Virus record (IMG/VR): IMGVR_UViG_3300037791_000022
Span: 1 to 30,487 of that record
DNA length: 30,487 bases
From: a virus
Lineage: Duplodnaviria > Caudoviricetes
Reading direction: 5' to 3' (one strand)
Shown: in pieces, positions 1-11,040 of the stretch
Layout: every line of letters starts with the position of its first letter
How positions within the stretch are numbered: the stretch's first letter is position 1
Made by a program: the position numbers and the translations under genes
The notes under the pieces: model-generated
Databases searched by the model: none
Told to the model about the DNA's origin: nothing
Seen by the model: only the letters and a program-made list of their open reading frames with translations

Positions 1-2
1 AC

Positions 3-3000
3 CCGGCGACGATCATGACCGACCCGGGCCTCGCGGATGCAACCTATATCGAACCGATCACCCCCGAGGTCGTCGCCAAGATCATCGAAAAGGAACGCCC
101 CGACGCGCTCCTGCCGACGATGGGCGGCCAGACCGGCCTCAACACTTCGCTCGCCCTCGAAGAAATGGGCGTGCTCGAGAAATTCGGCGTCGAGATGATC
201 GGCGCCAAGCGCGAGGCCATCGAGATGGCCGAAGACCGCAAGCTGTTCCGCGAAGCGATGGACCGCCTCGGCATCGAGAACCCCCGCGCCTCCATCGTCA
301 CCGCGCCGAAGAAAGAGAACGGCGACGCCGATCTCGAGGCTGGCGTGCAACTCGCGCTTGAAGAACTCGAAGACATCGGCCTCCCGGCGATCATCCGCCC
401 CGCCTTTACCCTTGGCGGGACCGGCGGCGGCGTGGCCTATAACCGCGAGGACTATATCCATTACTGCCGCACCGGCATGGACGCCTCCCCGGTGAACCAG
501 ATCCTCGTCGATGAAAGCCTTCTGGGCTGGAAGGAATACGAGATGGAGGTCGTGCGCGACAAGGCCGACAACGCCATCATCGTCTGCGCCATCGAAAACG
601 TCGACCCGATGGGCGTTCATACCGGCGACTCGATCACCGTCGCGCCCGCGCTGACGCTGACCGACAAGGAATATCAGATCATGCGCACGCACTCGATCAA
701 CGTGCTGCGCGAGATCGGTGTCGAAACCGGCGGCTCCAACGTGCAATGGGCGGTGAACCCCGAAGATGGCCGCATGGTCGTGATCGAGATGAACCCCCGC
801 GTGTCGCGCTCCTCGGCGCTGGCCTCCAAGGCGACGGGCTTCCCCATCGCCAAGATCGCCGCGAAACTCGCCGTCGGCTATACGCTCGACGAACTCGACA
901 ACGACATCACCAAGGTCACCCCCGCCTCGTTCGAGCCGACCATCGACTATGTCGTGACCAAGATCCCGAAATTCGCCTTCGAGAAATTCCCCGGCTCCGA
1001 GCCGACGCTGACCACCGCGATGAAATCCGTGGGCGAGGCCATGGCCATCGGCCGCACCATCCACGAGTCGCTTCAGAAGGCGCTCGCCTCGATGGAATCC
1101 GGCCTCACCGGCTTTGACGAGGTCGCGATCCCCGGCGCGCCGGACAAGGCCGCCGTTATCAAGGCGATCTCGGTCCAGACCCCGGACCGCATGCGCACCA
1201 TCGCCCAAGCCATGCGCCACGGCCTGACCGATGATGAAATCCACCACGTAACGATGTTCGACCCGTGGTTCCTCGCCCGCATCCGCGAGATCGTCGAGGC
1301 CGAAACCGCCATCATGGAAAACGGCCTGCCTCAGGACGCCGAAGGCCTGCGCAAACTCAAGATGCTCGGCTTTACCGATGCCCGCCTTGCCAAGCTCACC
1401 GGCTACAAGGAAAGCGATGTGCGCAAGCGCCGCATCAACGCCGGCGTCACCGCCGTGTTCAAGCGCATCGACACCTGCGCCGCCGAATTCGAGGCGCAAA
1501 CGCCTTACATGTATTCCACCTACGAGGCCCCGATGATGGGCGAGGTGGAATGCGAGGCGCGTCCCTCCGACAAGAAGAAGGTCGTGATCCTCGGCGGTGG
1601 CCCGAACCGGATCGGGCAAGGCATCGAGTTCGACTATTGCTGCTGCCACGCCTGTTTCGCGCTGACCGACGCGGGCTACGAGACGATCATGGTCAACTGC
1701 AACCCCGAGACCGTCTCGACCGACTATGACACCTCGGACCGCCTCTATTTCGAACCGCTGACCTTTGAGCACGTCATGGAAATCCTCGCCACCGAGCAAC
1801 AGAACGGCACGCTGCACGGCGTCATCGTGCAGTTCGGCGGCCAGACCCCGCTCAAGCTCGCCAATGCGCTCGAGGCCGAAGGCATCCCGATCCTCGGCAC
1901 GACGCCCGACGCGATCGACCTCGCCGAGGACCGCGAGCGCTTCCAGGCGCTGGTGAACGAATTGGGCCTGAAACAGCCCAAGAACGGTATCGCCGCAACC
2001 GACGCCGAGGCACTCTCCATTGCCGAAGGCATCGGCTTCCCGCTGGTGGTGCGCCCGTCCTACGTTCTTGGTGGACGCGCGATGGAAATCGTGCGCGACA
2101 TGGCCCAGCTTGAACGCTACATCACCGAGGCCGTGGTCGTCTCCGGCGATAGCCCCGTCCTCCTCGACAGCTACCTCTCCGGCGCGACCGAGCTTGACGT
2201 GGACGCGCTCTGCGATGGCGAAAACGTCCACATCGCAGGCATCATGCAACACATCGAAGAGGCCGGCGTGCATTCGGGCGACTCCGCCTGCTCGCTGCCG
2301 CCCTACTCGCTCTCGACCGGGATCATCGACCGCATCAAGGAACAGACCGTGGCGCTGGCCAAGGCGCTGCACGTGGTCGGCCTGATGAACGTGCAATTCG
2401 CCGTCAAGGATGACGAGATTTACCTGATCGAGGTCAACCCGCGCGCCTCGCGCACCGTGCCTTTCGTTGCCAAGGCCACCGACAGCGCCATCGCCTCGAT
2501 CGCCGCACGTCTCATGGCTGGCGAGCCGCTCTCGAACTTCCCCGAGCGCGCGCCCTACGAGGAAGGCGCCGACATCTCGACGCCACAGCCCATCGCAGAC
2601 CAGATGACGCTTGCCGACCCGATGATGCCGTGGTTCTCGGTCAAGGAGGCCGTGATGCCGTTCAACCGCTTCCCCGGTGTCGATACAATCCTCGGCCCGG
2701 AAATGCGCTCGACCGGCGAAGTCATGGGCTGGGACCGCTCCTTCGCGCGCGCCTTCCTCAAGGCCCAGTTGGGCGCCGGGATGATCCTGCCGACCGAGGG
2801 CAAGGCCTTCATCTCGATCAAGGACGAAGACAAGACCGAACAGATGCTCGACGCCGCCCGCATCCTGACCGACATGGGCTTTACCATCGTCGCTACCTTC
2901 GGCACCGCCTCCTGGCTGACCGAACAGGGCGTCGCCTGCGAGAAGGTGAACAAGGTCTATGAAGGCCGCCCGAACATCGTCGATCTGCTGAAGAACGGCG

Positions 3001-3185
3001 ACATTTCCCTGGTGATGAACACGACCGAGGGCGCACAGGCCGTCAACGACAGCCGCGAAATCCGCGCCGTCGCCCTGATGGACAAGATCCCCTACTTCAC
3101 CACCGCCGCCGCCTCCCACGCTGCCGCCCGCGCCATGAAAGCGCGCGAGGAAGGCGATATCGAGGTGCGCTCGCTCCAGGGTTGA
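3..3185 (+). CDS. carB: Carbamoyl-phosphate synthase large subunit (5'-truncated by window edge)
   Basis: Frame is open from base 3 (PATIMTDP...). Hallmark motifs [58 protein letters not shown] and a C-terminal MGS-like domain. Confidence 0.98.
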   Translation, partial: PATIMTDPGLADATYIEPITPEVVAKIIEKERPDALLPTMGGQTGLNTSLALEEMGVLEKFGVEMIGAKREAIEMAEDRKLFREAMDRLGIENPRASIVTAPKKENGDADLEAGVQLALEELEDIGLPAIIRPAFTLGGTGGGVAYNREDYIHYCRTGMDASPVNQILVDESLLGWKEYEMEVVRDKADNAIIVCAIENVDPMGVHTGDSITVAPALTLTDKEYQIMRTHSINVLREIGVETGGSNVQWAVNPEDGRMVVIEMNPRVSRSSALASKATGFPIAKIAAKLAVGYTLDELDNDITKVTPASFEPTIDYVVTKIPKFAFEKFPGSEPTLTTAMKSVGEAMAIGRTIHESLQKALASMESGLTGFDEVAIPGAPDKAAVIKAISVQTPDRMRTIAQAMRHGLTDDEIHHVTMFDPWFLARIREIVEAETAIMENGLPQDAEGLRKLKMLGFTDARLAKLTGYKESDVRKRRINAGVTAVFKRIDTCAAEFEAQTPYMYSTYEAPMMGEVECEARPSDKKKVVILGGGPNRIGQGIEFDYCCCHACFALTDAGYETIMVNCNPETVSTDYDTSDRLYFEPLTFEHVMEILATEQQNGTLHGVIVQFGGQTPLKLANALEAEGIPILGTTPDAIDLAEDRERFQALVNELGLKQPKNGIAATDAEALSIAEGIGFPLVVRPSYVLGGRAMEIVRDMAQLERYITEAVVVSGDSPVLLDSYLSGATELDVDALCDGENVHIAGIMQHIEEAGVHSGDSACSLPPYSLSTGIIDRIKEQTVALAKALHVVGLMNVQFAVKDDEIYLIEVNPRASRTVPFVAKATDSAIASIAARLMAGEPLSNFPERAPYEEGADISTPQPIADQMTLADPMMPWFSVKEAVMPFNRFPGVDTILGPEMRSTGEVMGWDRSFARAFLKAQLGAGMILPTEGKAFISIKDEDKTEQMLDAARILTDMGFTIVATFGTASWLTEQGVACEKVNKVYEGRPNIVDLLKNGDISLVMNTTEGAQAVNDSREIRAVALMDKIPYFTTAAASHAAARAMKAREEGDIEVRSLQG

Positions 3186-3205
3186 GGCGGCCTCAGCGCA
3201 AAATG

Positions 3206-3237
3206 AAAGGGCGGGTCACACATGGCCCGCCCTTTTT
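3206..3237. terminator. Intrinsic terminator, probably bidirectional, between convergent carB and luxI
   Basis: AAAGGGCGGGTCA-caca-TGGCCCGCCCTTTTT hairpin with T tract on + and A-rich run upstream. Confidence 0.85.
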
Positions 3238-3263
3238 GCTGTTTCCCGGGTCTGCGCGTCCCG

Positions 3264-4121
3264 TCAGTGATCCGCCATCTGGGTGACTTTCCGCGCGATC
3301 ATCTTCTTGTCATAGAGCATGTCGGCAAGGCGCTTTGCACCGGCCAGTTCCTCGCCGGTAGAGGCATCCAGAAGCTGGTCGATAAGATACTGCTCAAGCT
3401 GCTCCTGCCCACAGCGTTTGCGCGGCATCTCCTTGGCCATGGCACAGACCGCGCTTCCCCCTGCCGTGACGGGCGTCGGATCAGCAAGCGCTTCTGCCGT
3501 GGCCTCGTCCACGAAAACGTTTCCCTCGATGCCCGCAAAGTTGCGGATGCGGGTGATACGCTCTTCCGTGCAATCCAGAAGCGCCGCCATCGCCGCGACC
3601 TTGCCCATGGGCTTGGTGCTGCCGACATAATCATAGGGCGCACAATCCGACCGTTTCAGCACCCGGTTCATGATCGGGTCGATGACCGTCACGATATCGG
3701 TGATCCCCGAGTTGCGCGCATATTCAAGCGATGCCGCCATGAGTTCACAGGTCGCATAGCTGACAGAGTTGCGCGACTTGCCCCTGTCGAGCACCTCCGT
3801 ATCGACACAGAACCGCGTCGATTCCCAAAGCGTCGCACTGCGCAAGGGCGGCTCCCCGTCGAGGATATCCGAGAACACGTCCGACAGCATGTGCGGCCCC
3901 GTGGTCTGTAACGCCCGCACACAGGACACCACGCGCCCCTCGTCGTTCAGCCCGATCACATAGGCCGGATCAAGCGCGTCGAACTGGTCGATCTCCTTGC
4001 CATCCGCGATTTCAACATCCCAGCCAAGGCGGTCACCAAAAACACGCGCCCGAAGCGCGAACATCTCATCCAGAACCCGGCTGTACCGATGGCGGTTCAT
4101 ACCGTCAATAATCAAGATCAT
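3264..4121 (-). CDS. luxI: Acyl-homoserine-lactone synthase (LuxI family) with C-terminal extension
   Basis: Conserved LuxI residues: LRARVFGDRLGW, EIDQFD, VRALQTTGPHMLSDVF, WESTRFCV; directly downstream of a LuxR gene. Confidence 0.95.
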   Translation of the reverse strand: MILIIDGMNRHRYSRVLDEMFALRARVFGDRLGWDVEIADGKEIDQFDALDPAYVIGLNDEGRVVSCVRALQTTGPHMLSDVFSDILDGEPPLRSATLWESTRFCVDTEVLDRGKSRNSVSYATCELMAASLEYARNSGITDIVTVIDPIMNRVLKRSDCAPYDYVGSTKPMGKVAAMAALLDCTEERITRIRNFAGIEGNVFVDEATAEALADPTPVTAGGSAVCAMAKEMPRKRCGQEQLEQYLIDQLLDASTGEELAGAKRLADMLYDKKMIARKVTQMADH

Positions 4122-4176
4122 GATTGTCCCTCCAAACTAGGTCTCTGGGGGGATGATGCTACTTTGAGGTAAATTC

Positions 4177-4200
4177 TACTATTGGGGAAATCCCGTAGTA
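4177..4200. promoter_or_regulatory. Putative lux-box-like LuxR binding site
   Basis: Imperfect dyad TACTA-TTGGGGAAATCCCG-TAGTA about 55-80 bp upstream of the luxI ATG. Confidence 0.5.
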
Positions 4201-4237
4201 CCCGAGGCGCCCAAGGCCATGACCCTACGTGCCCGGC

Positions 4238-4939
4238 TCAGTCCGGACAGATCAGGCCAAGCCCGATGGCCCGCCCCACCGCCTGCGCCGTGGTCAGCGC
4301 GCCAAGCTTGGTCCGCCCCGACCGCAGGTGCACTTCCACCGTCCGGTAGGAAATCGAAAGGATGTCGGCCACGTCCTGCTGGGATTTTCCGGCCGCGATC
4401 CATTGCAGGATCTCGGTTTCACGCGCCGACAAGGCCGGATGCATCAAGGTCCGCGTCAGCGCATGTGACCGCACCACGTTGTCATGCAGCCGCACCGCGG
4501 CCCCCTGCAAATGGCTCAGCACCTTGCCCTTGAGCAACTGCCATTCCCGGTCCGGACAGTTCCGCGTCACGCTGAACAGGCCGATATCGCCAAACGGCCC
4601 ACGCACCGGGATCGTCAGCCCCTGTTCCGCGATCCCGAAATCATGCGCATCGCGAAAGATCATCTGGAAATCGGGCGCCCCCCGCAACCCGTGCCAATCC
4701 ACCGGGGCGATGCTGCGCCGCGCGAGGATCAGGGCCGGGTCCTTGTGCTGATAGCCGTGCTCGACATAATGGGCCTGCCACGTGTCGGGATAATTCACAA
4801 AGCCATGCACGCTCTGGGCGATCGGGTTCACACCGGCATAGGCCGCATAATCAAGCTCATGCGTCTCGCACACTTCGTCCAAAAACAATCGAAGATTGTT
4901 TTCAGGAAATGGAACCTTGCTGAGGTCGATAACCGACAA
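4238..4939 (-). CDS. luxR: LuxR-family AHL-responsive transcriptional regulator
   Basis: Autoinducer-binding motif NYPDTWQAHY...DP...W; C-terminal HTH LSARETEILQWIAAGKSQQDVADIL...KLG. Confidence 0.95.
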   Translation of the reverse strand: MSVIDLSKVPFPENNLRLFLDEVCETHELDYAAYAGVNPIAQSVHGFVNYPDTWQAHYVEHGYQHKDPALILARRSIAPVDWHGLRGAPDFQMIFRDAHDFGIAEQGLTIPVRGPFGDIGLFSVTRNCPDREWQLLKGKVLSHLQGAAVRLHDNVVRSHALTRTLMHPALSARETEILQWIAAGKSQQDVADILSISYRTVEVHLRSGRTKLGALTTAQAVGRAIGLGLICPD

Positions 4940-5001
4940 TGAGGCCTCTTCTCCGGAGTGAGAAACACCCAGTCCTGACGTTCATGGCCTGCAGTTTCCC
5001 T

Positions 5002-5352
5002 TCAATCCCGCTTCAACGCAAGGAGAAAGGCGAAAATCACCGCCCTGTGGGATGTCGAGAGCGCCTCATAATGCCCGGCAAGGTTGCGCACATCCGAGCC
5101 GCCAAAGCCCTCCGGCGCAACGGGTTCGGGCGCGCAGGGCTGCACCCAGTCAAAAAAACCGTCCACCGGCACGTCAAGGCATTCTGCAATCGCCAATAGC
5201 TGCTGCGCGCTGGCACGGCGATCCCCCGCTTCAAAGGCGGAAATCGTCGCCGCCGAGACATGCAACCGCCGCCCAAGCTCTTCCCGGCTCAGCCCCGCCT
5301 TCCGGCGCCGACGAGAGATACTCCTCCCGAGCAATAGATCAATCTCGGTCAT
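5002..5352 (-). CDS. XRE-family HTH transcriptional regulator
   Basis: RRRKAGLSREELGRRLHVSAATISAFEAG...LLAIAECLDVPVDGFF matches the HTH_3 pattern. Confidence 0.85.
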   Translation of the reverse strand: MTEIDLLLGRSISRRRRKAGLSREELGRRLHVSAATISAFEAGDRRASAQQLLAIAECLDVPVDGFFDWVQPCAPEPVAPEGFGGSDVRNLAGHYEALSTSHRAVIFAFLLALKRD

Positions 5353-5464
5353 GCAGCCCCATTTCGGAATGCCCCGCTCAGAGGCGCATTATCCGCCGAA
5401 CACCCCAGTCTTTCAACTAAAAGATGTGCTGCATACATACCTTTCCCCGCGCCATGACGGGCCG

Positions 5465-7270
5465 CTAGGCCTCCGCTGGCCGGGACTCTTCGGATGAAAA
5501 CGGCACATCGATATGAAACGTGGTCCCCTCGCCAAGGACACTTTCATAGGAAATCCCGCCGCCCATCCGTTCGATCAGGCTCTGGGCGATATGCATCCCG
5601 AGACCGGAGCCGCCGGACACTTGCATACTGCTGGAATCGACCTGGTGGAACCGCCCGAAAACCTCGTCTTCCTGGCCCTCCGGAATGCCGATGCCATTAT
5701 CCTTGATGGAAATGCGCAAGCGCGGCCCCAGATCCTGCGTCGTGCAGACGACCTTGCCCCCGTCAGGCGAGAACTTGACCGCGTTGGAAATCACGTTGCC
5801 GACAACCTGTTTGAGACGATGCTGGTCGCCGCGCAGCAGCCTGTTGACCTCCGGCGAGCGATTGACCAACCGAACCTCCTTATCGGCAGCGAACCCCTCG
5901 TATTCCTCAAGGATGTTGCGCAGGAATTCATCCGCATCCAGATCCTGAAGTTGAAGCGACATGGTCCCCAGATCGAGCTTTTGCAGGTCAAGCACATCAT
6001 CCACGAGCTTCAACAACCGCAGGCTGTTTCTCTGGGCAATGGTCAACAGGTTCCGAAGTTGCGGGCTGATCTCTCCCATGGGGCCGTGCAATGCAAGGTC
6101 CAGCCCTCCCTTGACCGAGGTCATCGGCGTGCGCAATTCATGGCTGATCATCGCAAGGAACTGGGATTTCGCTTGGTTGGCGGCCTCGGCATGGGCCAAG
6201 GCCTCGCGCAGGGCTTCGGCGGAATGTTCGATCTCCGTGATATCCACGAGCGATATCGTCCACCCCATATAGCTGTTCTTGTTCTGAATGGGGCTTTCAA
6301 TGGGCAGCACGCGCAGCTTGAAGACCTTTTCCCGCAGGTGGATCGGATCATCATGCACAACCTCGCCCGCCTCGACCAGCTGCCGCAGCAACGGTCCAAT
6401 CTTGTCAAGACGCGTGGCCGGCTTGCCCCGTTGCAGGGATGTCCGGCCAAACAGGGATTGCGCCGCAGAATTCGCCCCAACGGCACGGCATTGCGTGTCG
6501 ATGATGATCGCCGGGTCTTCCGTCTCATAAAAAAGCAGGGTCCGGCCCTGTGTGGCGGTGTCCATCATCGTGTTGTTGATGAGCAACCAGCTCAGCGCGA
6601 TCAACGACACCGCAAACATGAACGGGGTCGGATCGAACCCGTAGAATGTCATCCCCCAGAGCACATAGGCCATATTCGCCGTCAAGGGCGCCGCCGTTAT
6701 GATGAGCAAGACGCTCAGGAAAGGGCGAATGATCGTCTTTGCCCGGTAATAGGCATAGACCAACACCCCCAGCGCACCCATGACAAAGATATAAAGGACC
6801 GCCGCCACGGCATAGAAAAGCGGCCCGTGATCGAAATAGACATACTCGTGCGTCCCGGCCGACATGATCCGCGTGCCGGTGCCATATAGAAGATTCGTCT
6901 GGCTGTTGGTGAGGGCGATCATGCCCACGACGCTGGGCAGCGCGATGTAGAGCAAGCGCCGCAGCGGATGGCCCCTGGCCCTGCTCCAGGTATAATCGAA
7001 AATGAAGAACGCCCAGGCCATCGGCAGCAAGGTGATACCCGGCCAGGCCGCGAGAGACCAGGCGATCTTGCAGGCTTCACCTTGCGAGGCCTGATCGAAC
7101 GCAACCGTGAACAACCACCACAGCATCGACAGCAATGTGAGCTGGAAGGCGGGCTTGCCGGGAAACCAATTCTTTCGCGACACCCAAATCAGAATGGCAG
7201 CGCTAATCACCCAAAGCGCAACGGCCATCGTGGGAGCAATCGTAAAGTCAAGATTCGTGAAACAGCTCAT
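5465..7270 (-). CDS. Membrane sensor histidine kinase (7TM N-terminus, PAS-like linker, HisKA, HATPase)
   Basis: About seven hydrophobic segments; H-box FLAMISHELRTPM, N-box NVISNAVKFS, G1 DNGIGIP, G2 GSGLGM. ATG at 7270 chosen over TTG at 7276. Confidence 0.92.
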   Translation of the reverse strand: MSCFTNLDFTIAPTMAVALWVISAAILIWVSRKNWFPGKPAFQLTLLSMLWWLFTVAFDQASQGEACKIAWSLAAWPGITLLPMAWAFFIFDYTWSRARGHPLRRLLYIALPSVVGMIALTNSQTNLLYGTGTRIMSAGTHEYVYFDHGPLFYAVAAVLYIFVMGALGVLVYAYYRAKTIIRPFLSVLLIITAAPLTANMAYVLWGMTFYGFDPTPFMFAVSLIALSWLLINNTMMDTATQGRTLLFYETEDPAIIIDTQCRAVGANSAAQSLFGRTSLQRGKPATRLDKIGPLLRQLVEAGEVVHDDPIHLREKVFKLRVLPIESPIQNKNSYMGWTISLVDITEIEHSAEALREALAHAEAANQAKSQFLAMISHELRTPMTSVKGGLDLALHGPMGEISPQLRNLLTIAQRNSLRLLKLVDDVLDLQKLDLGTMSLQLQDLDADEFLRNILEEYEGFAADKEVRLVNRSPEVNRLLRGDQHRLKQVVGNVISNAVKFSPDGGKVVCTTQDLGPRLRISIKDNGIGIPEGQEDEVFGRFHQVDSSSMQVSGGSGLGMHIAQSLIERMGGGISYESVLGEGTTFHIDVPFSSEESRPAEA

Positions 7271-7479
7271 ACTCAAAACCTACAACCCCTACTTGTGCGC
7301 TGGGAAGAAAAGATACGCCTCCCTGCCCCACTTTTTCCATGCGCCGTGACCCGCCTCCCGCGATGATGCCGGGGGCGGTGCGGTCTGATCCTGCGAAATA
7401 CGCTCCGCGTCGGCACGTCCCGTCGCCCCCTGAAACGCAAAAGCATCGCCCCAACGGGGGCGACGCTGCCACATTTCGC

Positions 7480-7521
7480 ACCGACGCAATACCGACGCGA
7501 TACCGACGTCATACCGACGTT
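7480..7521. repeat. 11-bp tandem repeat, about 4 copies (ACCGACGnnAT)
   Basis: accgacgcaat-accgacgcgat-accgacgtcat-accgacgtt, just past the acyl-CoA dehydrogenase stop. Confidence 0.85.
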
Positions 7522-7526
7522 GGTTT

Positions 7527-8756
7527 TCAGACTTTCTGCTGCGTGTATTTGCGCAGCTCCTTGCGGGCAACCTGGCGGCGGTGAACCGCGTCCGGCCCAT
7601 CGGCAAACCGCAGCGTGCGCACCTGTGTCCAGGCCGTCGCAAGCGGGGTATCCTGCGAGATGCCCGTGCCGCCATGCACCTGGATCGCCTCGTCGATGAC
7701 CTTGGTCGCCACGTTCGGCGCAACCGTCTTGATCATGCTGATCCAAGGCGCCGCCTCGCGCGGGTCGCCCTGGTCCATGACCCAGGCCGCCTTTAGGCAA
7801 AGCAGGCGGGCCTGCTCAATTTCCATACGACAATTTGCGATAATGTCGTAATTGGCCCCAAGATGTGCGATGGGTTTGCCAAAGGCTTCACGATCAAGCG
7901 CCCGTTTGCAGAACCGCTCAAGCGCCGCTTCCGCCTGCCCGATGGCGCGCATGCAATGGTGGATACGTCCCGGCCCAAGCCGCCCCTGCGCGATCTCGAA
8001 GCCGCGCCCCTCGCCCAGAAGCATGTTCTTCGCCGGCACCCGGACATTGGTAAAGCGCATGTGCATATGCCCGTGCGGCGCGTCATCCTGACCGTAAACC
8101 ATCATAGGGCGCACCGTCTCGATACCGGGTGTGTCCGCAGGCACGACGATCATCGAATGCCGCTGATGCCGCGGCGCATCATCATCCCCGGTCTTCACCA
8201 TCACGATATAGACCTTGCACCGCGGGTCCCCCGCCCCCGACGACCAATACTTGTCGCCGTTGAGCACATATTCATCGCCGTCACGCACGCAAGGCATTGA
8301 AATATTTGTCGCATCCGAGCTGGCGACATCCGGCTCGGTCATCAGGTAGGCAGAGCGGATATCCCCGTTGAGAAGCGGCTTGAGCCACTCTTCCTTCATC
8401 TCTTCCGAGCCGTATTTCTCGAACACTTCCATGTTGCCCGTGTCCGGCGCGGAACAGTTGAACACCTCGGCACCAAGCGGCGTCTTGCCCATCTCCTCGG
8501 CGAAATAGGCGTATTCCACGGTGGTCAGGCCAAAGCCACGCTCGCTGTCGGTCAGCCAGAAATTCCACAACCCACGCTCACGTGCCTTGGCCTTGAGGCC
8601 TTCGAGAATCTCCGCCTGCCGCGCGGTATAGGTCCAGCGGTCTTCTTTCGCGATCTCGGCGTGGTATTCCTCTTCCAGGGGCATGATCTCGTTCTGGATC
8701 ATGTCTTTCACCTGCTCCAGCAAGCCCTCGATTTCCGGGCGAAGTCCCAGTTGCAT
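7527..8756 (-). CDS. Acyl-CoA dehydrogenase family protein
   Basis: [62 protein letters not shown] 8756 has a GGGAGG RBS. Confidence 0.95.
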   Translation of the reverse strand: MQLGLRPEIEGLLEQVKDMIQNEIMPLEEEYHAEIAKEDRWTYTARQAEILEGLKAKARERGLWNFWLTDSERGFGLTTVEYAYFAEEMGKTPLGAEVFNCSAPDTGNMEVFEKYGSEEMKEEWLKPLLNGDIRSAYLMTEPDVASSDATNISMPCVRDGDEYVLNGDKYWSSGAGDPRCKVYIVMVKTGDDDAPRHQRHSMIVVPADTPGIETVRPMMVYGQDDAPHGHMHMRFTNVRVPAKNMLLGEGRGFEIAQGRLGPGRIHHCMRAIGQAEAALERFCKRALDREAFGKPIAHLGANYDIIANCRMEIEQARLLCLKAAWVMDQGDPREAAPWISMIKTVAPNVATKVIDEAIQVHGGTGISQDTPLATAWTQVRTLRFADGPDAVHRRQVARKELRKYTQQKV

Positions 8757-8963
8757 ATCAGCCTCCCAAACACATCTGCGTCCACAACATGGCGTAGCGT
8801 CAACGACCTTGTCCATGCTGCACATCAATTGTGACGCAGGGTCGCGCCGCCCATATCAGCCCCCCCTTGCCCAAGGTCTGCGGCCCCCGTCACAATTTCC
8901 ACAAGAAACCGCGATTCAGGGCTTGCACCGCACGGCAACCCCCATTAATTAGCCCCTCACCGT

Positions 8964-9038
8964 TGGGGTGTAGCCAAGTGGTAAGGCAACGGTTTTTGGT
9001 ACCGCGTACCGCAGGTTCGAATCCTGCCACCCCAGCCA
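8964..9038 (+). tRNA. tRNA-Gln (anticodon TTG)
   Basis: TGGGGTG acceptor arm, D-arm GCCAAGTGGTAAGGC, anticodon loop TT-TTG-GT, T-arm GCAGG-TTCGAAT-CCTGC, encoded CCA end. Confidence 0.97.
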
Positions 9039-9043
9039 CTTTC
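9022..9043 (+). repeat. attL core (22-bp direct repeat)
   Basis: TCCTGCCACCCCAGCCACTTTC, the tRNA 3' end plus 5 bp; identical copy at 27325-27346. Confidence 0.95.
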
Positions 9044-9089
9044 TCTTTTTCCTTATATTACAGACACTTAGGCAAATAGAGAAGTTGAC

Positions 9090-9124
9090 TTCCGGAACAC
9101 TTTTCCGACACACGTATCCGGACC
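9090..9124. promoter_or_regulatory. Putative integrase arm-type sites, left arm
   Basis: TTCCGGAACA (9090), TTCCGACACA (9103), ATCCGGACC (9116) at 13-bp period; same motif and period recur at 27216-27251. Confidence 0.65.
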
Positions 9125-9229
9125 TATCTGCAAGCGGCGACCTACGGCCCGACTCGAAAAAGCCTGCCAGGTCGTTACTGACGGGCGGTTCCACTCAAAG
9201 TCTCTAATAACTGTGCAGGGCGTAGGGAG

Positions 9230-10072
9230 TCAGATCACAAGGTCAAGCGGCAGATCAGCTATATCGCGTAGCCGCTGACCTTCAATCATGGTCTCGACCA
9301 GCTCCAAGGTCTCACGTTCTTGCTCGCGCAAGGTCTCCACCAGCTCCGGCAACGCGAAGTGATATACACAATCCATGTCGCCGGTCCCAAGTGCGATTGC
9401 AGCGATGCGTGACGGCACAGGCTCCGCCGTGACAGCGACGATATGCGGCAACCGGCCCTTACGGTTCCTGACAAGGTTCAAGGCCTCAGAACGCGTGTTC
9501 TGAACACGGTCTGACCGGATAGTGAGCTTGCAGCTAATCGAAGCGTGAAGCGTCGCGCTCGCACCGTTGGCGGCGCGCAGCGCTGTGCGCCGGGCAACCG
9601 TCTCATCCACAAGGGCAACATTCACATTGATGTTCTCATCCGGTTCAGGTGCGCGGATCACAACAACGTCAGGCTTGATCAGGTAGTCAGTGCCCAGGTG
9701 GGTCTTCAACTCGCGGCTGGCATCCGCCAGAGCGCGCAGCTCATCCAAGTGCGAATACTGATCAAACTGCGAAATTGCCTGCCCCTTCTCGACTGAAAAA
9801 TCTCCGGGGCGCAAGTGTGTGAGCTGCGCGAAGCACTCGGCAATGAACGTCTGGCAGGCCGTCTCGAACATATGCCCAGCGGTCTGCCCGGCAGGCTTCT
9901 CCGCGTGGTTTTGAGTGGTGCCGATCTTTGCCACAAGTGCCGTTGCTATTTCACGGCTCGACTTGTTCGACACGTCCGCGACTGACGGCACACCCTTGGT
10001 CTCCGTGATTGGCCCAGCCAAACACTCTGCATGAAACCGTCTACGCGCCTCAAGAAGCCAAGCGTCCATCAC
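9230..10072 (-). CDS. Type II restriction endonuclease, NgoMIV family (predicted GCCGGC)
   Basis: AGQTAG..FE, IKPDVVVIR, LHASISCKLTIRSDRVQNTRSEALNLVRNRKGRLPHIVAVTAEP: the PD...SCK..RSDR signature of NgoMIV. Overlaps the MTase stop by 4 bp. Confidence 0.9.
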   Translation of the reverse strand: MMDAWLLEARRRFHAECLAGPITETKGVPSVADVSNKSSREIATALVAKIGTTQNHAEKPAGQTAGHMFETACQTFIAECFAQLTHLRPGDFSVEKGQAISQFDQYSHLDELRALADASRELKTHLGTDYLIKPDVVVIRAPEPDENINVNVALVDETVARRTALRAANGASATLHASISCKLTIRSDRVQNTRSEALNLVRNRKGRLPHIVAVTAEPVPSRIAAIALGTGDMDCVYHFALPELVETLREQERETLELVETMIEGQRLRDIADLPLDLVI

Positions 10073-11040
10073 GCCACCGCATGTAGACGGCGCGCCGTTA
10101 TTGCAGCCTTGAGGCTCTGTGCGACAGCTTGCGCGACCGGCGGCGGGAACGCATTACCAACCTGCCGATAGGCGGCGGTCTTGCGTCCCGCGAACTGCCA
10201 CTCGTCCGGGAACCCCTGCAAGCGCGCCACCATGCGCACGGTCAGGCGCGGCATCCCCAAGAAGTCCGGGTCTGGTGCTTCGTCTGCGATGGTCTTGCCG
10301 TTCACGTTCAGGGTCTCCCACGCGCGCTTGGCTCGCGTCGGCCCCAGATCAGGCCCGCCATGCTTCTTGGAGCCACCCACGATGGTGGGTGCGATCTCAT
10401 CCGCTTGTGTGCGCCACGCGTCTGCACCCTTCCAGCCACGCGCGGCCATGAGATCATGCAACAGCTCACCCACGGTCGGGGGCTGCATGTCGCCGCCTTT
10501 AGGCCACTCGAACTTGTCCGCATATTCTTCGCGCACTGCCACGATCACAACACGGGGCCGGAGCTGCGAGACGCCAAAGTCACTTGCGTTGTATAGGTGC
10601 CAGTCGGCGAAGGTGTAGCCCATCTTCTTGAGCTGGGTCTTGAGCTTCTGCCGATAGTCATGGAACACGGCGTCCATAAAGCCCCGGACGTTCTCAAGCA
10701 GAACCGCCTTTGGGCGCACTTCGTCAACAACGCGCAGTGCTTCTGGGAAAAGGTCACGCTCATCGGCGGCACCAAGCTGCTTTCCAGCCTTCGAAAACGG
10801 AGGGCACGGAACACCACCGGCCACAAGATCAACACCAGCAAAAGGCCGCGCGTCGAACTTGGTCAGGTCGGCCTGTTGACCTTCGACTACGTTCCACTTG
10901 GGGCGATTCAGCACCAGTGTCTTGCGACACCAATCATCGACTTCAACAAGAGCTTGGTGGCCAAAACCGGCCCGTTCAACACCAAGAGCCTGGCCGCCTG
11001 CACCAGCGCATAGCTCCAGTGATGTAAGATTGCCCTGCAT
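10069..11040 (-). CDS. C5 DNA cytosine methyltransferase, M.NgoMIV/M.NaeI-like
   Basis: Motif I LCAGAGG, IV GGVPCPPFS, VI ENVRG, VIII QLRPRV, IX RLQGFP, X YRQVGNA; target-recognition region APTIVGGSKKHGGPDLGPTRA. Confidence 0.95.
   Translation of the reverse strand: MQGNLTSLELCAGAGGQALGVERAGFGHQALVEVDDWCRKTLVLNRPKWNVVEGQQADLTKFDARPFAGVDLVAGGVPCPPFSKAGKQLGAADERDLFPEALRVVDEVRPKAVLLENVRGFMDAVFHDYRQKLKTQLKKMGYTFADWHLYNASDFGVSQLRPRVVIVAVREEYADKFEWPKGGDMQPPTVGELLHDLMAARGWKGADAWRTQADEIAPTIVGGSKKHGGPDLGPTRAKRAWETLNVNGKTIADEAPDPDFLGMPRLTVRMVARLQGFPDEWQFAGRKTAAYRQVGNAFPPPVAQAVAQSLKAAITARRLHAVA

Noticed and set aside
5513-6889. 458-aa plus-strand ORF
   Set aside because: Antisense shadow of the histidine kinase.
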